A DNA stretch of 64,000 nucleotides. Origin: Patescibacteria group bacterium (GTDB lineage Bacteria > Patescibacteriota > Patescibacteriia > UBA10025 > JAHIVO01). The stretch spans positions 80,971 to 144,970 of the forward strand of contig JAQULM010000003.1 of the NCBI GenBank assembly GCA_028718605.1. The letters are read 5' to 3'. Below, piece by piece: positions 9,918-19,401 of this stretch. The notes beneath the pieces are model-generated. The model worked only from the letters and a program-made list of their open reading frames with translations. It did no database searches and had not been told where the DNA came from. The first letter of the stretch is position 1, and each line of letters opens with the position of its first letter. The position numbers and the translations under genes were made by a program.

Positions 9918-10340
9918 CTACATTACTCTTCCCGGAATGACTTGGGCAAGTATACGCTTTATTATCTCGGCGTCAGCACTGGCATCAACCGCGACAATCC
10001 GAAGCGTTGTATCGTTGCTTGCATCAAGCCCTGATTCATGGATTGCCGCCGGCAATTGCCAACCCAGGAGCTTGTCCTGCAGTTCCGGAAGTTGCATGGG
10101 GGTGATGCGGGCAATTACGCTGACAGCCCTGCCTGTATTACGCACCTGGCGCAAGAACCACAGGGTATCCGTAGTAATTTCAGTAGCATCGATGATGATA
10201 GCTTCCGGCTTGCATTCAGTATCACAGATGCTCGCCCGCTCATGGTCTGTGCAGGTCATGACGGCGCAACACGTATTGACCAGCATTCCCGCCACCACAA
10301 ATGCTGAACCTTTTTTCTCCAATGAGAGTACAATCGGCAT
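9918..10340 (-). CDS. receiver-like single-domain protein (divergent CheY-like)
   Basis: Start MPIVLSL is preceded by GGAGGGAGG. IIIDATEITTDTLWFLRQVR resembles the receiver beta3-alpha3 region. The longer ORF-track start at 10574 was rejected. Confidence 0.45.
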   Translation of the reverse strand: MPIVLSLEKKGSAFVVAGMLVNTCCAVMTCTDHERASICDTECKPEAIIIDATEITTDTLWFLRQVRNTGRAVSVIARITPMQLPELQDKLLGWQLPAAIHESGLDASNDTTLRIVAVDASADAEIIKRILAQVIPGRVM

Positions 10341-10374
10341 GAGCCTCCCTCCTATCCGCACTTTCGGGTTAATG

Positions 10375-10387
10375 GTGTACAATGTTA
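10375..10387. promoter_or_regulatory. second copy of GTGTACAATGTTA, between the divergent receiver gene and miaA
   Basis: 35 nt upstream of the receiver ATG on the minus strand. On the plus strand TGTACAAT lies 33 nt upstream of the miaA ATG. Confidence 0.35.
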
Positions 10388-10419
10388 GTATTAGGATACG
10401 ATACAAAAAGCATACCCCC

Positions 10420-11340
10420 ATGTCAACCCCCAAACAATTGCTGATCGCCATCGTCGGCCCCAATGCGTCGGGAAAAACGGCGCTTGCTATCAAACTGGCG
10501 AAGCGCTTCAATGGCGAAATAATATCTGCCGACTCCCGGCAGGTGTTCCGCGGCATGGACATTGGCACAGGCAAGGCGACAAAAGCTGAACGACAGGCAG
10601 CCCAGCACTACCTCCTCGATGTCGCATCCCCGCGAAGCGAATTCAACGTCGTGCATTTCAAGCGTACGGCACTCAAGGCAATACGACACATCCATGCCCG
10701 CGACAAACTGCCATTCCTCGTCGGTGGTACGGGGTTCTGGATTAGCGCGATCACCGATGGCGTTGATTTTCCAAACGTCAAGCCGAATAAAACACTCCGC
10801 GCACGCTTGGGTAAAAGAACGCCCGCACAACTTTATGCAATATTGAAGAAACTTGATCCGCAACGCGCGAAAACCATTGACTGTAATAATCCGTACCGGC
10901 TCATACGTGCGATTGAAATTATTCAGGCGACAAAACGGCCAATCAAAAAAATTAAAAAAAATCCCCCGTTCAATGTACTCTTCCTCGGTGCCAAACGTTC
11001 ACGGAAAGAACTGTATAACCGAATAGACAAACGTCTCCGCAGCCGCATGCGCCAGGGCTTAATCGCTGAGGTGCGCAACCTTCACGAAAACGGCATTTCA
11101 TGGAAACGCCTGTACGATTTCGGTCTGGAGTATCGGTACGTTAGTTTGTTTCTGCAAGCCAAACTGACAAAAAGCGCAATGCTCGAACAGCTGTCAATCG
11201 CTATCAAACACTATGCCAAACGCCAGATGACCTGGTTTCAACGGAATAAACGCATTGGCTGGATTGCGAGCGAACGGCAAGCAGCGCACCTCATTCAACA
11301 ATTTCTTGATTTGGAATCCCGACGAAGGTTCCGGGATTGA
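10420..11340 (+). CDS. miaA: tRNA dimethylallyltransferase MiaA
   Basis: P-loop GPNASGKT, then SADSRQVFRGMDIGTGK and the rest of the IPT fold. The 160-codon upstream extension in the ORF track overlaps the receiver gene and was rejected. Confidence 0.9.
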   Translation: MSTPKQLLIAIVGPNASGKTALAIKLAKRFNGEIISADSRQVFRGMDIGTGKATKAERQAAQHYLLDVASPRSEFNVVHFKRTALKAIRHIHARDKLPFLVGGTGFWISAITDGVDFPNVKPNKTLRARLGKRTPAQLYAILKKLDPQRAKTIDCNNPYRLIRAIEIIQATKRPIKKIKKNPPFNVLFLGAKRSRKELYNRIDKRLRSRMRQGLIAEVRNLHENGISWKRLYDFGLEYRYVSLFLQAKLTKSAMLEQLSIAIKHYAKRQMTWFQRNKRIGWIASERQAAHLIQQFLDLESRRRFRD

Positions 11341-11397
11341 CCGCGGAGCTCAGACACGATACACTGACGAGTGGGTTATCAAATAATTATTTTTCGT

Positions 11398-11739
11398 ATG
11401 GAAATCATTATCAGCGCGAAAACGTTCAAGCTCACCGCGCCGGTCAAGGCGTACGTCACCAAGGAAATGACCCATGCACTGAAGTTCTCCCCTGTCCCCG
11501 TTGAAGAGGCGAGGGTCGAGCTCGACCATGATGACAACCAGCGCACCGGCCTGGTGTACCGCACCGAAATGTCCGTGATCCTCGGTAAAAAAGTGATCAA
11601 AGCCGGGCAAAAAGGCAACAGCTTGCGCGAATCAATCGACCTTACGGTCCCGAAACTCATCCAACAGCTCAGGAAATTCAAAGGCAAGCTGCTGCAAACA
11701 AAGCATCCCGGCCAATCTTCGATACGGACCGAGGGATAA
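11398..11739 (+). CDS. hpf: ribosome hibernation promoting factor / RaiA family (short form)
   Basis: MEIIISAKTFKLTAPVKAYV...VELDHDD matches the YfiA/HPF sigma54-modulation fold. Confidence 0.8.
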   Translation: MEIIISAKTFKLTAPVKAYVTKEMTHALKFSPVPVEEARVELDHDDNQRTGLVYRTEMSVILGKKVIKAGQKGNSLRESIDLTVPKLIQQLRKFKGKLLQTKHPGQSSIRTEG

Positions 11740-11755
11740 CACCTCAATATAATGT

Positions 11756-11793
11756 AAGGCGCAGTGTACAGGCACTGCGCCTTGGTTGTTTAT
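11756..11793. terminator. bidirectional rho-independent terminator (hpf on plus, small Cys-rich gene on minus)
   Basis: AAGGCGCAGUG-UACAGG-CACUGCGCCUU followed by GGUUGUUUAUUG. Confidence 0.6.
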
Positions 11794-11815
11794 TGATCCG
11801 TGCCGCTCTCAAGGA

Positions 11816-11995
11816 TTACGGCTCGTCCGCATCATTGCTGATCAGCGTGTCATGTTCATCGAACACGACTGCCTCCGCATCAGGATGGCCACGATGTGCT
11901 TCCGCGCGCCGTGCTTCTGAACAATTGCACTTGGTATCCGAGGGGTGTTCACGATGACAATACGGACACTCAACAAAATAGTCGGCTGTCGACAT
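11816..11995 (-). CDS. small Cys-rich zinc-ribbon-like protein (59 aa)
   Basis: Absent from the ORF track because it is under 60 aa. GGAGGATTAGT precedes ATG. Translation: MSTADYFVECPYCHREHPSDTKCNCSEARRAEAHRGHPDAEAVVFDEHDTLISNDADEP. It is convergent with hpf. Confidence 0.4.
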   Translation of the reverse strand: MSTADYFVECPYCHREHPSDTKCNCSEARRAEAHRGHPDAEAVVFDEHDTLISNDADEP

Positions 11996-12076
11996 ACTAA
12001 TCCTCCCGACTGAGAAAGGGTGCTGTGTTTCACAGGCCTCCCCAAGCCTGCGGTAGAAGTATTTATAGAATGTATT

Positions 12077-13627
12077 CTATTTCAACGCATGCGTCAAGAA
12101 TTGCTGGACTGCTTCTGGATCCGCCCTGCCTTTGGTGCGTTTCATAACCTGGCCGATGAGGTATTTAAGCGCTTGCTCCTTGCCGGCGCGAAACTCCTGA
12201 ACGACACGTTCATTTGACTGGATAACTTCTTTGACAACCGTCCCGAGTTCCTTGGTCTTGCTCAGCTGCCCGAGGTCCTCCTCCTCCATGATATCAGAAG
12301 GGTCCCGTCCGTCGAGGAACATCTTTTCGAGGACAGTGACCGCCGTCCTATTATTGAGCTTGTGCTCGTAAACAAGCACCATAAGTTCTGCGAAATTTTC
12401 TGGTGTAATATTAACTTCACTGATTCGTTTGCCATGCTCATTCAGGAGCTTGAGGAGACGGCTGATGATCCAGTTCGCCGCGGCTTTCGTAAGTTTTTTA
12501 CCATCACGCTCCCACGCCTCATCTTCAGATCCTTCCGTTGAGTCGAGCGAAACCAGCCATGCCCGGAGCTCAGAAACGACTGATTCGTAGTAGTCGGCAA
12601 GTTTTTTATCATTTACTAATATAGAAGCGTCGTAATCACCGAGCCAGTACTGTTTTCCAAAACGCTCATGCTTTTCGAATGGCAATTCAACCATTGCCTG
12701 CTTGACGGAAGCAATAAATTCCGAATCAAATGTAATTGGCGGAATATCAGGTTCAGGAAAATAACGGTAATCGTGTTGTTCTTCTTTCACGCGCTGGAGC
12801 ACAGATACCATGCGCTTCTCGTCCCATCCCCGCGTCGATTGCGCTTTCGGGGTTTTACCCTCGTCCCATAACTTTGTCTGGCGTTTAATTTCATATTCAA
12901 GCGCATGTTCAACTGACTTGAACGAATTCAAGTTTTTTACCTCGGTTTTCGGATACAAACGGTCCGGTTCGTAGCCGATTAAAGCATTCTCTCCCTTTTC
13001 CTGGAAAAATTCAGGATTCGGCCGCAAGGAAATATTCGCATCACAGCGAAGGTGCCCTTTCTCCATGTCAGCATCGGAAATCCCGAGGTACCGCATGGTG
13101 AGGCGCAATTCCTGCAGAAACGCCTTTGCCGCTGCTGGCGATGGGACGTCCGGCCGGGTTACGATCTCGAGAAGCGGCGTACCGGCGCGGTTATAATCAA
13201 CATAGCTGGCGCTCTTATCCTCCTCATGCAGGAGCTTGCCCGTGTCTTCCTCGATATGAACCCGCTCAATGCGAATGTGCGCGTGCGTTCCACCGGCTGT
13301 TATCATCAGATGGCCATTCTGCCCGACCGGTGCATCGTACTGTGATATTTGGAACCCTTTCGGCAGGTCAGGATAAAAATAGCTTTTCCGGTCAAAATGG
13401 ATGCTCCTGCGAATGGTACAATTCAGCGCCAGTGCTGCCATAACTGCCCACCGCATCGCAACTTCGTTCGGCACCGGAAGGACGCCAGGATGCCCGAGGC
13501 AGATCGGACATACAGTCGTATTCGCCGGTTTGTCCTCGCCGGTATTGTCACACGAGCAAAACATCTTACTTTTCGTTTTGAGCTGCACGTGGATTTCTAA
13601 TCCGATAACTGGTTCGTACTTGTTCAT
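12077..13627 (-). CDS. gatB: Asp-tRNA(Asn)/Glu-tRNA(Gln) amidotransferase subunit B
   Basis: MNKYEPVIGLEIHVQL... matches the canonical GatB N-terminus and the C-terminal YqeY-like domain. Confidence 0.9.
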   Translation of the reverse strand: MNKYEPVIGLEIHVQLKTKSKMFCSCDNTGEDKPANTTVCPICLGHPGVLPVPNEVAMRWAVMAALALNCTIRRSIHFDRKSYFYPDLPKGFQISQYDAPVGQNGHLMITAGGTHAHIRIERVHIEEDTGKLLHEEDKSASYVDYNRAGTPLLEIVTRPDVPSPAAAKAFLQELRLTMRYLGISDADMEKGHLRCDANISLRPNPEFFQEKGENALIGYEPDRLYPKTEVKNLNSFKSVEHALEYEIKRQTKLWDEGKTPKAQSTRGWDEKRMVSVLQRVKEEQHDYRYFPEPDIPPITFDSEFIASVKQAMVELPFEKHERFGKQYWLGDYDASILVNDKKLADYYESVVSELRAWLVSLDSTEGSEDEAWERDGKKLTKAAANWIISRLLKLLNEHGKRISEVNITPENFAELMVLVYEHKLNNRTAVTVLEKMFLDGRDPSDIMEEEDLGQLSKTKELGTVVKEVIQSNERVVQEFRAGKEQALKYLIGQVMKRTKGRADPEAVQQFLTHALK

Positions 13628-13632
13628 GAAGG

Positions 13633-13650
13633 TATTGTAGCAAAAACTGA
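13633..13650 (-). promoter_or_regulatory. extended -10 TGCTACAAT placed 10 nt before the gatB ATG (leaderless or near-leaderless mRNA)
   Basis: Minus-strand reading GTTTTTGCTACAATACCTTCATG. The 11-mer TGCTACAATAC plus N4 plus ATG is shared with the helicase gene at 34796. Confidence 0.4.
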
Positions 13651-13651
13651 G

Positions 13652-13705
13652 ATATAAAAAAAGGATGCCGTTGCTTCTCGAACTGCCATTGTTCGATCCA
13701 TAACG
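13652..13705 (-). terminator. terminator of the sigma-factor operon
   Basis: Minus-strand GGGUGCCGUU...(loop)...AACGGCAUCC followed by UUUUUUUAUAU. Confidence 0.4.
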
Positions 13706-13710
13706 GCACC

Positions 13711-14577
13711 CTAGCTCTGCAGGTACCTGCGCAATGCCCTGGACCGGCTCGCATGCTTGAGGCGCCGCATTGCCTTTTCCTTGATCTGGCGGATCCGCTC
13801 GCGGGTCAGTGCAAACCGCGCACCAATCTCCTCGAGTGTCAACGCTTTCTCATGGTCTAATCCATAATAGAGGCTAATGACCTCGGCTTCTCGGGCGGTC
13901 AGCGTATCAAGCGCTTTTTCGAGATCAACTCGCAATGTTGCCAGGTCCAGTTCGGACTCAGGCGACACCGCTTGTTCCATCTCGAGCACATCAAGCAAGG
14001 AATTGCCCCCTCCCGCCTCAAACGGTGCGTCAAGCGACAGGTGAGTCATGGCTAGGATCTCGGTTTCTTCGACGTCCAAATCCGATATCCTGAGTTCAAA
14101 AGCGATCTCTTCCGGCAGCGGCTGCCGTCCAAGATCTTGTTCGAGCTTCGCACTGGCCTTCCCAACCTTATGCAGAATGCCAACTCTGTTCTGCGGCAGG
14201 CGGACGACATGACCCTGTTCGGCAAGAGCCTGCAGGATCGCCTGTTTGATCCACCAGACCGCGTACGAGATGAATTTGAATCCTCTCGTTTCGTCAAACC
14301 GCTTGGCAGCCTTCATCAGGCCGATATTGCCCTCGTTGATCAGGTCAGCAAGGGACAACCCTTGATTCTGGTACTGTTTGGCAACTGATACCACAAAACG
14401 CAGGTTTGCCTTGACGAGCTTCTCAAACGCGATTTTGTCGCCCTGCCGGATGCGCACAGCGCACCGTGCTTCTTCGGCCGCATCAATCAGCGGCGTCGTA
14501 CCAATCTCGCGTAAATACACGTCGAGCGACCAGTCATCGCTGGTCATGTTCCGTATCTTCTTGCCCACGGGCTTCAC
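13711..14577 (-). CDS. RNA polymerase sigma factor, sigma-70 family (RpoD-like, compact)
   Basis: Region 2 (DLINEGNIGLMKAAKRFD, YAVWWIKQAI), region 3 and region 4.2 (LTLEEIGARFALTRERIRQIKEKAMRRL). Confidence 0.85.
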   Translation of the reverse strand: MKPVGKKIRNMTSDDWSLDVYLREIGTTPLIDAAEEARCAVRIRQGDKIAFEKLVKANLRFVVSVAKQYQNQGLSLADLINEGNIGLMKAAKRFDETRGFKFISYAVWWIKQAILQALAEQGHVVRLPQNRVGILHKVGKASAKLEQDLGRQPLPEEIAFELRISDLDVEETEILAMTHLSLDAPFEAGGGNSLLDVLEMEQAVSPESELDLATLRVDLEKALDTLTAREAEVISLYYGLDHEKALTLEEIGARFALTRERIRQIKEKAMRRLKHASRSRALRRYLQS

Positions 14578-14735
14578 CTCCTTCTCGGGGCTGAAAATGT
14601 TGCAAAAGAACTGTACGATACAATGCCTGGATCAACGTAGCATATACGCCCTCGACGGTCAATGCCAAAAAGCCACTCCTGAAACGTGCATCAGGAGTTG
14701 CCCTTCCTGATAATCGCTTTAATGTGGGAGCTCAA

Positions 14736-15395
14736 TTAAATAATTGTTTTCACGACACCCCAGATTTTCCAATGAATCTCTTCCGGCAATAACAGTCTCC
14801 CGCGTCGAACGCACTGTATCCGTTTCCAATTCTTATAACGTTTTACGAGACGCGCATTTTCCCGGTAAACTTTTTTCTGGTATGCGAAATCTGTTTCGTG
14901 CATATCGAGGCGCTTTCGAGATGCCATCAGTTGCCGAGCGATTGCAGGCGGCACGTCAAGAAAAAGGACGAGATCCGGTTTGGGAATGCCCAAAACCTTA
15001 AATTCCATGATATCAAGCCACGCCAGGAACTCCTCTTTCTTGCGTGGGTTTCGGATCTTTGATGCCTGGTGAATCTTGTTTGCCGGAGCGTACCGGTCGC
15101 AGATAATGTGGATGCCGCGTTCCAGTTTTTTCGAAAGGTAATCGCGCGCCTCAAACCGATCAAGGGCATAGAGGAGTGAAACGAGATACGGATTTGACGT
15201 TGTCGCGGTGCCAAATTCACCCCGGAGGTACCGGCGCACCATCTTACCAAAAAATGACTTTTCGTACTGCGGGAAATCAGTGAGAACGAATTTTTTCTTG
15301 CTGCGCCGAAGGTGCTGGGCCAAAAGCTTCACCTGCGTGGTTTTCCCCGCGCCGTCGATCGCGTCAAATACGATAAGCTTTCCGCGTTTGCTCAT
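14736..15395 (-). CDS. tmk: thymidylate kinase
   Basis: GKLIVFDAIDGAGKTTQ P-loop, the DRY motif and the LID region. Confidence 0.85.
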   Translation of the reverse strand: MSKRGKLIVFDAIDGAGKTTQVKLLAQHLRRSKKKFVLTDFPQYEKSFFGKMVRRYLRGEFGTATTSNPYLVSLLYALDRFEARDYLSKKLERGIHIICDRYAPANKIHQASKIRNPRKKEEFLAWLDIMEFKVLGIPKPDLVLFLDVPPAIARQLMASRKRLDMHETDFAYQKKVYRENARLVKRYKNWKRIQCVRRGRLLLPEEIHWKIWGVVKTII

Positions 15396-15396
15396 A

Positions 15397-15882
15397 TTAT
15401 CGCGTTAATTCAAGAAATACGAACGAGCGCTCCCCTTCCTGCGCTTCCTCTTTCTTTACGACATTCGTAAACATTGAATAGTCGGGAAAAAACGTATCTG
15501 CATCAAACGTACCTTTGATAACGGTCAAATACAGCTTATCGGTGATCGGCAATACCTGCCGGTAAATCTCGCCGCCGCCGATGATGAAAATCTCGTTGTG
15601 CTCAATGCGTTTTGCTTCTTCAAGCGCCCGCTCGAGCGATGTAACAGTTGTGCAGCCAGGCGCTTTGAATGACTCCTTCCTGCTGATAACAATATTTGTA
15701 CGGTTTGGGAGCGCCTTACCCATCGATTCAAATGTTTTCCGTCCCATGATAACCGCATGCCCCGCGGTCAACTGGCGAAAACGGTGTAGGTCTTTCGCGA
15801 TATGCCACAAAAGCCGGTTATCCTTCCCGATAGCGCGGTTTTCCGATAGAGCGGCGATAATGCTGATTCTCGGCTGGAACAT
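15397..15882 (-). CDS. folA: dihydrofolate reductase
   Basis: ISIIAALSENRAIGKDNRLLWH...IMGRKTFESMG. Confidence 0.85.
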   Translation of the reverse strand: MFQPRISIIAALSENRAIGKDNRLLWHIAKDLHRFRQLTAGHAVIMGRKTFESMGKALPNRTNIVISRKESFKAPGCTTVTSLERALEEAKRIEHNEIFIIGGGEIYRQVLPITDKLYLTVIKGTFDADTFFPDYSMFTNVVKKEEAQEGERSFVFLELTR

Positions 15883-15884
15883 AG

Positions 15885-16697
15885 TTATATTGCGATGGGT
15901 GCCTTGATCCCTGGATGCGGATCGTAACCCTCGAGAGTAAAATCTTCGAACTGAAATTTAAAAATGTCACGAACAGCGGGGTTAATCTTCATTGTCGGTA
16001 ATTTCCGAGGTGTACGCGATACTTGCAGTTTGACCTGCTCAATATGATTACGATAGATGTGCGCATCACCGAATGTATGTATGAAATCGCCTGGTTTCAA
16101 ATCACAAACCTGCGCCATCATCATTGTCAGAAGTGAATAGGAAGCGATATTAAATGGCACGCCGAGAAAAAGATCAGCGGTCCGTTGATAGAGTTGGCAC
16201 GAGAGCGTGCCGTTCGCTACGTAAAATTGGAACAAGGTATGGCACGGAGGCGGTGCTGTTTTCTTCCCGCGAATCAGCTCCTGTAACTCTCCTATATTCC
16301 ATCCGCTCACGATAATTCTGCGGGAAGTGGGATCATTCCGAATAAGATCAACGGCTTGCGCAATCTGATTTACCTCCTTACCTTCTTTGGTCTGCCATCG
16401 AACCCACTGCTTGCCGTAGATGGGGCCAAGGTCGCCGTTCTCATCGGCCCATTCGTCCCAGATAGTCACCCCGTGATCATTCAACCACTTGATGTTCGTA
16501 TCGCCCCTCAAGAACCAGAGAAGTTCGTACAAAATCGACTTCAGGTGTACCTTTTTCGTGGTAACCAACGGGAAACCCTGTGCGAGATTGAACCGCATCT
16601 GGTACCCAAAAACGCTCCTCGTGCCGGTACCGGTTCGGTCGTCTTTTTCAACGCCATGGTCGAGCACGTGCTGTAACAAATTAAGATATTGCTTCAT
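15885..16697 (-). CDS. thyA: thymidylate synthase ThyA
   Basis: [10 protein letters not shown] and LPPCH matches the catalytic Cys region. 270 aa. Confidence 0.9.
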   Translation of the reverse strand: MKQYLNLLQHVLDHGVEKDDRTGTGTRSVFGYQMRFNLAQGFPLVTTKKVHLKSILYELLWFLRGDTNIKWLNDHGVTIWDEWADENGDLGPIYGKQWVRWQTKEGKEVNQIAQAVDLIRNDPTSRRIIVSGWNIGELQELIRGKKTAPPPCHTLFQFYVANGTLSCQLYQRTADLFLGVPFNIASYSLLTMMMAQVCDLKPGDFIHTFGDAHIYRNHIEQVKLQVSRTPRKLPTMKINPAVRDIFKFQFEDFTLEGYDPHPGIKAPIAI

Positions 16698-16708
16698 GGA
16701 AATTTAAT

Positions 16709-17131
16709 TTATTTACCGGATGAAAGCCACCCGCCGGCGCCGCGGGTCGTATCGGACAACGCGTCAACCTGCCGGAACGATACAGTTTCGTGCTTTTGCA
16801 CAATCATCTGGGCAACCCGGTCACCCGCGGAATACTCATAAGGTGTCTTGGTTGTATTGTAGAGTACGACCGACACCTCCCCCCGGTACGTACTATCAAT
16901 GACCCCTGCAAGCGTATGAATGCCATGCTTCGACGCCATGCCGCTCCGGTCCCAGATCAGTGCCACCGTGCCCGGCGGCAATTCCAGCGCAAAGCCAAGG
17001 TCAACCCTGACGCGCTCGCAGGGCGGAATCTCGCCCCCCTCGCAGCAAAACAGATCGAGCCCGGCATCGCCTTCACGGCTGGAGGCCGGAACCCGCGCGT
17101 TGGTTTTTAAAAGTTTAATCGCAACCTCCAT
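16709..17131 (-). CDS. dut: dUTP diphosphatase
   Basis: AGLDL, RSG and GxIDxxYRGE motifs of trimeric dUTPase. Confidence 0.85.
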   Translation of the reverse strand: MEVAIKLLKTNARVPASSREGDAGLDLFCCEGGEIPPCERVRVDLGFALELPPGTVALIWDRSGMASKHGIHTLAGVIDSTYRGEVSVVLYNTTKTPYEYSAGDRVAQMIVQKHETVSFRQVDALSDTTRGAGGWLSSGK

Positions 17132-17139
17132 AGTTCACT

Positions 17140-17604
17140 CTATTTCGCCCACACGGATTTATACTGGCGGTATTTCACACCAGCAAGATCCAGCAAACGG
17201 CGGGACGCAATCCAAACATCATCATCGTGGTACTTGTCACTTTCGAATATTATTTCTACGATGCCATTCTGAATGATAGTTTTCGAGCATTCATTGCACG
17301 GGAAAAGCGTACAGTACAGCTTACACCCCTCGGTTCGCGCGTTCGAATTATAGACGGCGTTCTCTTCCGCATGGACGACATATGCGTATTTCGTCTCGGA
17401 AAGCTTACCTTCGCGATCCCACGGCAACTCATCAGTCTCGATGCCGCGCGGCCAGCCGTTGTACCCGAGGCCGACGACGACATTTTTCTGGTTTGCGACA
17501 ACCGCGCCAGCTTGCGTATTGGGATCCTTTGAACGGTCCGCAATCACGTGTGCCATGCGCATAAAACATTCATCCCACGAAATTGCATTTTCACGTTTCA
17601 TCAT
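17140..17604 (-). CDS. deoxycytidylate (dCMP) deaminase
   Basis: HAEENA plus PCNECS zinc-binding cytidine/dCMP deaminase motifs. Confidence 0.8.
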   Translation of the reverse strand: MMKRENAISWDECFMRMAHVIADRSKDPNTQAGAVVANQKNVVVGLGYNGWPRGIETDELPWDREGKLSETKYAYVVHAEENAVYNSNARTEGCKLYCTLFPCNECSKTIIQNGIVEIIFESDKYHDDDVWIASRRLLDLAGVKYRQYKSVWAK

Positions 17605-17627
17605 AATTGATTTTATAAATTGTATGC

Positions 17628-18311
17628 TTAAACGGCAACGCGGACACTGGGACCCATCGTTGAACAGACGCTCACTGTCTTCAAATACGCACCCTTTACG
17701 CCGTGCGGGCGTGCTCTGCGAATCGCTTCGAGAAATGACTCAAAATTCTCCTGAAGCTTCTTGATATCAAACGAAGCTTTCCCGATGAGCTGGTGGATAT
17801 TGCCCGTCTCGTCGTTACGGAATGCAACCTTGCCGCCCTGCAATGCTACTATTGACTTCTCAATGTCGGACGTGACCGTCTCGTTACGCGGATTCGGCAT
17901 CAAGCCTTTTGGCCCGAGGATTTTCGCGATCTGCCCGAGATGCTTCATCATCGCCGGCGTGGCGAGCGCGATATCGAAATTGCACTTGCCGGTGGTTTTG
18001 ATTTCTTTGATAAGCTCCTCGCCGCCGACAACTTCAGCACCAGCCTTCTTCGCCTTTTCCTGGCCGGCAGCGTCCGCGAACACCGCGATCCTTTTTTTCT
18101 TGCCGGTTCCGTGCGGCAATGACACTGAACCGCGGACAATCTGGTCCGCTTTTTTCGGATCAATCCCGAGGCGCATGTGCATCTCAATGCCGGCGTCAAA
18201 CTTCACGTTTGCCGTTTTTTGGGCTAATTCCAGCGCTTCGCGCGCGCTATATGACTTCTTCGGGTCGATGAGCTTGCGCGCTTCGCGGAAGCGCTTTGAA
18301 TGCTTCTTCAT
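17628..18311 (-). CDS. rplA: 50S ribosomal protein L1
   Basis: [16 protein letters not shown]...[10 protein letters not shown]. The start at 18311 is preceded by AAGGAAC. Confidence 0.9.
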   Translation of the reverse strand: MKKHSKRFREARKLIDPKKSYSAREALELAQKTANVKFDAGIEMHMRLGIDPKKADQIVRGSVSLPHGTGKKKRIAVFADAAGQEKAKKAGAEVVGGEELIKEIKTTGKCNFDIALATPAMMKHLGQIAKILGPKGLMPNPRNETVTSDIEKSIVALQGGKVAFRNDETGNIHQLIGKASFDIKKLQENFESFLEAIRRARPHGVKGAYLKTVSVCSTMGPSVRVAV

Positions 18312-18391
18312 ACAATTGTTCCTTTCGTGGTACGAGCCCCCGTTTGAGCAGGGTCCCACAAATTATTATTTAAATAAGCACCTAATCACTA

Positions 18392-19393
18392 TTACACGTT
18401 CGCGGGCCCTGTTCCGACAGCTTGTTGCTCATTCTTCCTCTCCTTCGATTCCTTACGGACGACTGACCAGTGGTACCAAAAGAGCGGAACGCCGAAGAGA
18501 ATAAACGGAATGATGCCAGCTGCCTGGCGATCGGTATTATTATTCGCTTCATCGATTGAACTATTCCAGGAGTTGAAATCAACAATCCATTGCTGCGCGA
18601 GCGAAACCGTTTGCGTATCGAGGCCGCACGTAGCGCCGCATGTTACTACGCTCTGGACCCCTGAAATGCTGTACTCGTCTACCCCCATTGTCACTTGGCT
18701 GCTGTTTCTTTGCGCGTCACCAACGCTCGGGAACACCCAGTTTTTCAGCGCAAGGTTCAGAAACATGCCAACCGAGACAACCGTCATGACGAGCGCTGCC
18801 AAAGACACGAAATAATAGTACGCTGTGCGTACGGGATTATGTTGCTCCGGGCTTTTCCGTTTCGCCTCCCGCTGGACGATACGATAGTGGATGATAAAAA
18901 TCGGAAGCGCGACAATGAGGAATGAAAAACCATTAATCAAATCCCGCTGCCTCGACGCATTCGGGTTATCCTTGTTCTTGGTCCACGTTTCATAGCTCGC
19001 TTTCCAATCCGTAATAGCGTTCTGTTGGTCAGTGCTCAGCGTGCATTCGCTATCGCACGTAATGGCGCCGGCTCCCACCGAAACGACAGGCTTTGCGGCA
19101 CTATCGGTCACACTTTGATCGAAATATAACACTGGCGGTTGTCCAAGCCGGTATGAAAGTGGCTCAGCATCCGTGAACACCCATGTTTTCAAGCCGACAT
19201 TGGCGAGAAAGATGAGCGAACCAACGGCGATACCAAGCGTAACGAGTGAGGCCATGTAAAAATAGACATTGCGGAGTATCGAACCCTTCTTTTCTGGCGC
19301 TTTGTTTTCCATAATAATTGCTATGATAAAAATTAATAGCACGAGTGGAAACAAATTTGAGAGTATTCCGAGCGCCATACGCAATGTCCACAA
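18392..19393 (-). CDS. hypothetical membrane protein built from an internal tandem duplication (TM - Cys-containing ectodomain - TM, twice)
   Basis: The two ~150-aa halves are alignable ([11 protein letters not shown] vs [11 protein letters not shown]; [17 protein letters not shown] vs [16 protein letters not shown]; [17 protein letters not shown] vs [17 protein letters not shown]). It lies between rplK and rplA. The start is at 19393 (TTG) or 19378 (ATG). Confidence 0.6.
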   Translation of the reverse strand: MWTLRMALGILSNLFPLVLLIFIIAIIMENKAPEKKGSILRNVYFYMASLVTLGIAVGSLIFLANVGLKTWVFTDAEPLSYRLGQPPVLYFDQSVTDSAAKPVVSVGAGAITCDSECTLSTDQQNAITDWKASYETWTKNKDNPNASRQRDLINGFSFLIVALPIFIIHYRIVQREAKRKSPEQHNPVRTAYYYFVSLAALVMTVVSVGMFLNLALKNWVFPSVGDAQRNSSQVTMGVDEYSISGVQSVVTCGATCGLDTQTVSLAQQWIVDFNSWNSSIDEANNNTDRQAAGIIPFILFGVPLFWYHWSVVRKESKERKNEQQAVGTGPANV

Positions 19394-19401
19394 GTTAACC
19401 C

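Noticed and set aside
9937-10419. 160-codon N-terminal extension of the miaA ORF in the six-frame track
   Set aside because: It overlaps the receiver gene on the opposite strand and has no RBS. MiaA homology starts at the P-loop right after the ATG at 10420.
13681-13720. GTTCGATCC string resembling a tRNA T-loop
   Set aside because: The flanking arms do not form a T-stem or acceptor stem, and no D-arm or anticodon arm exists. The sequence is part of the sigma-gene terminator hairpin and gatB promoter.
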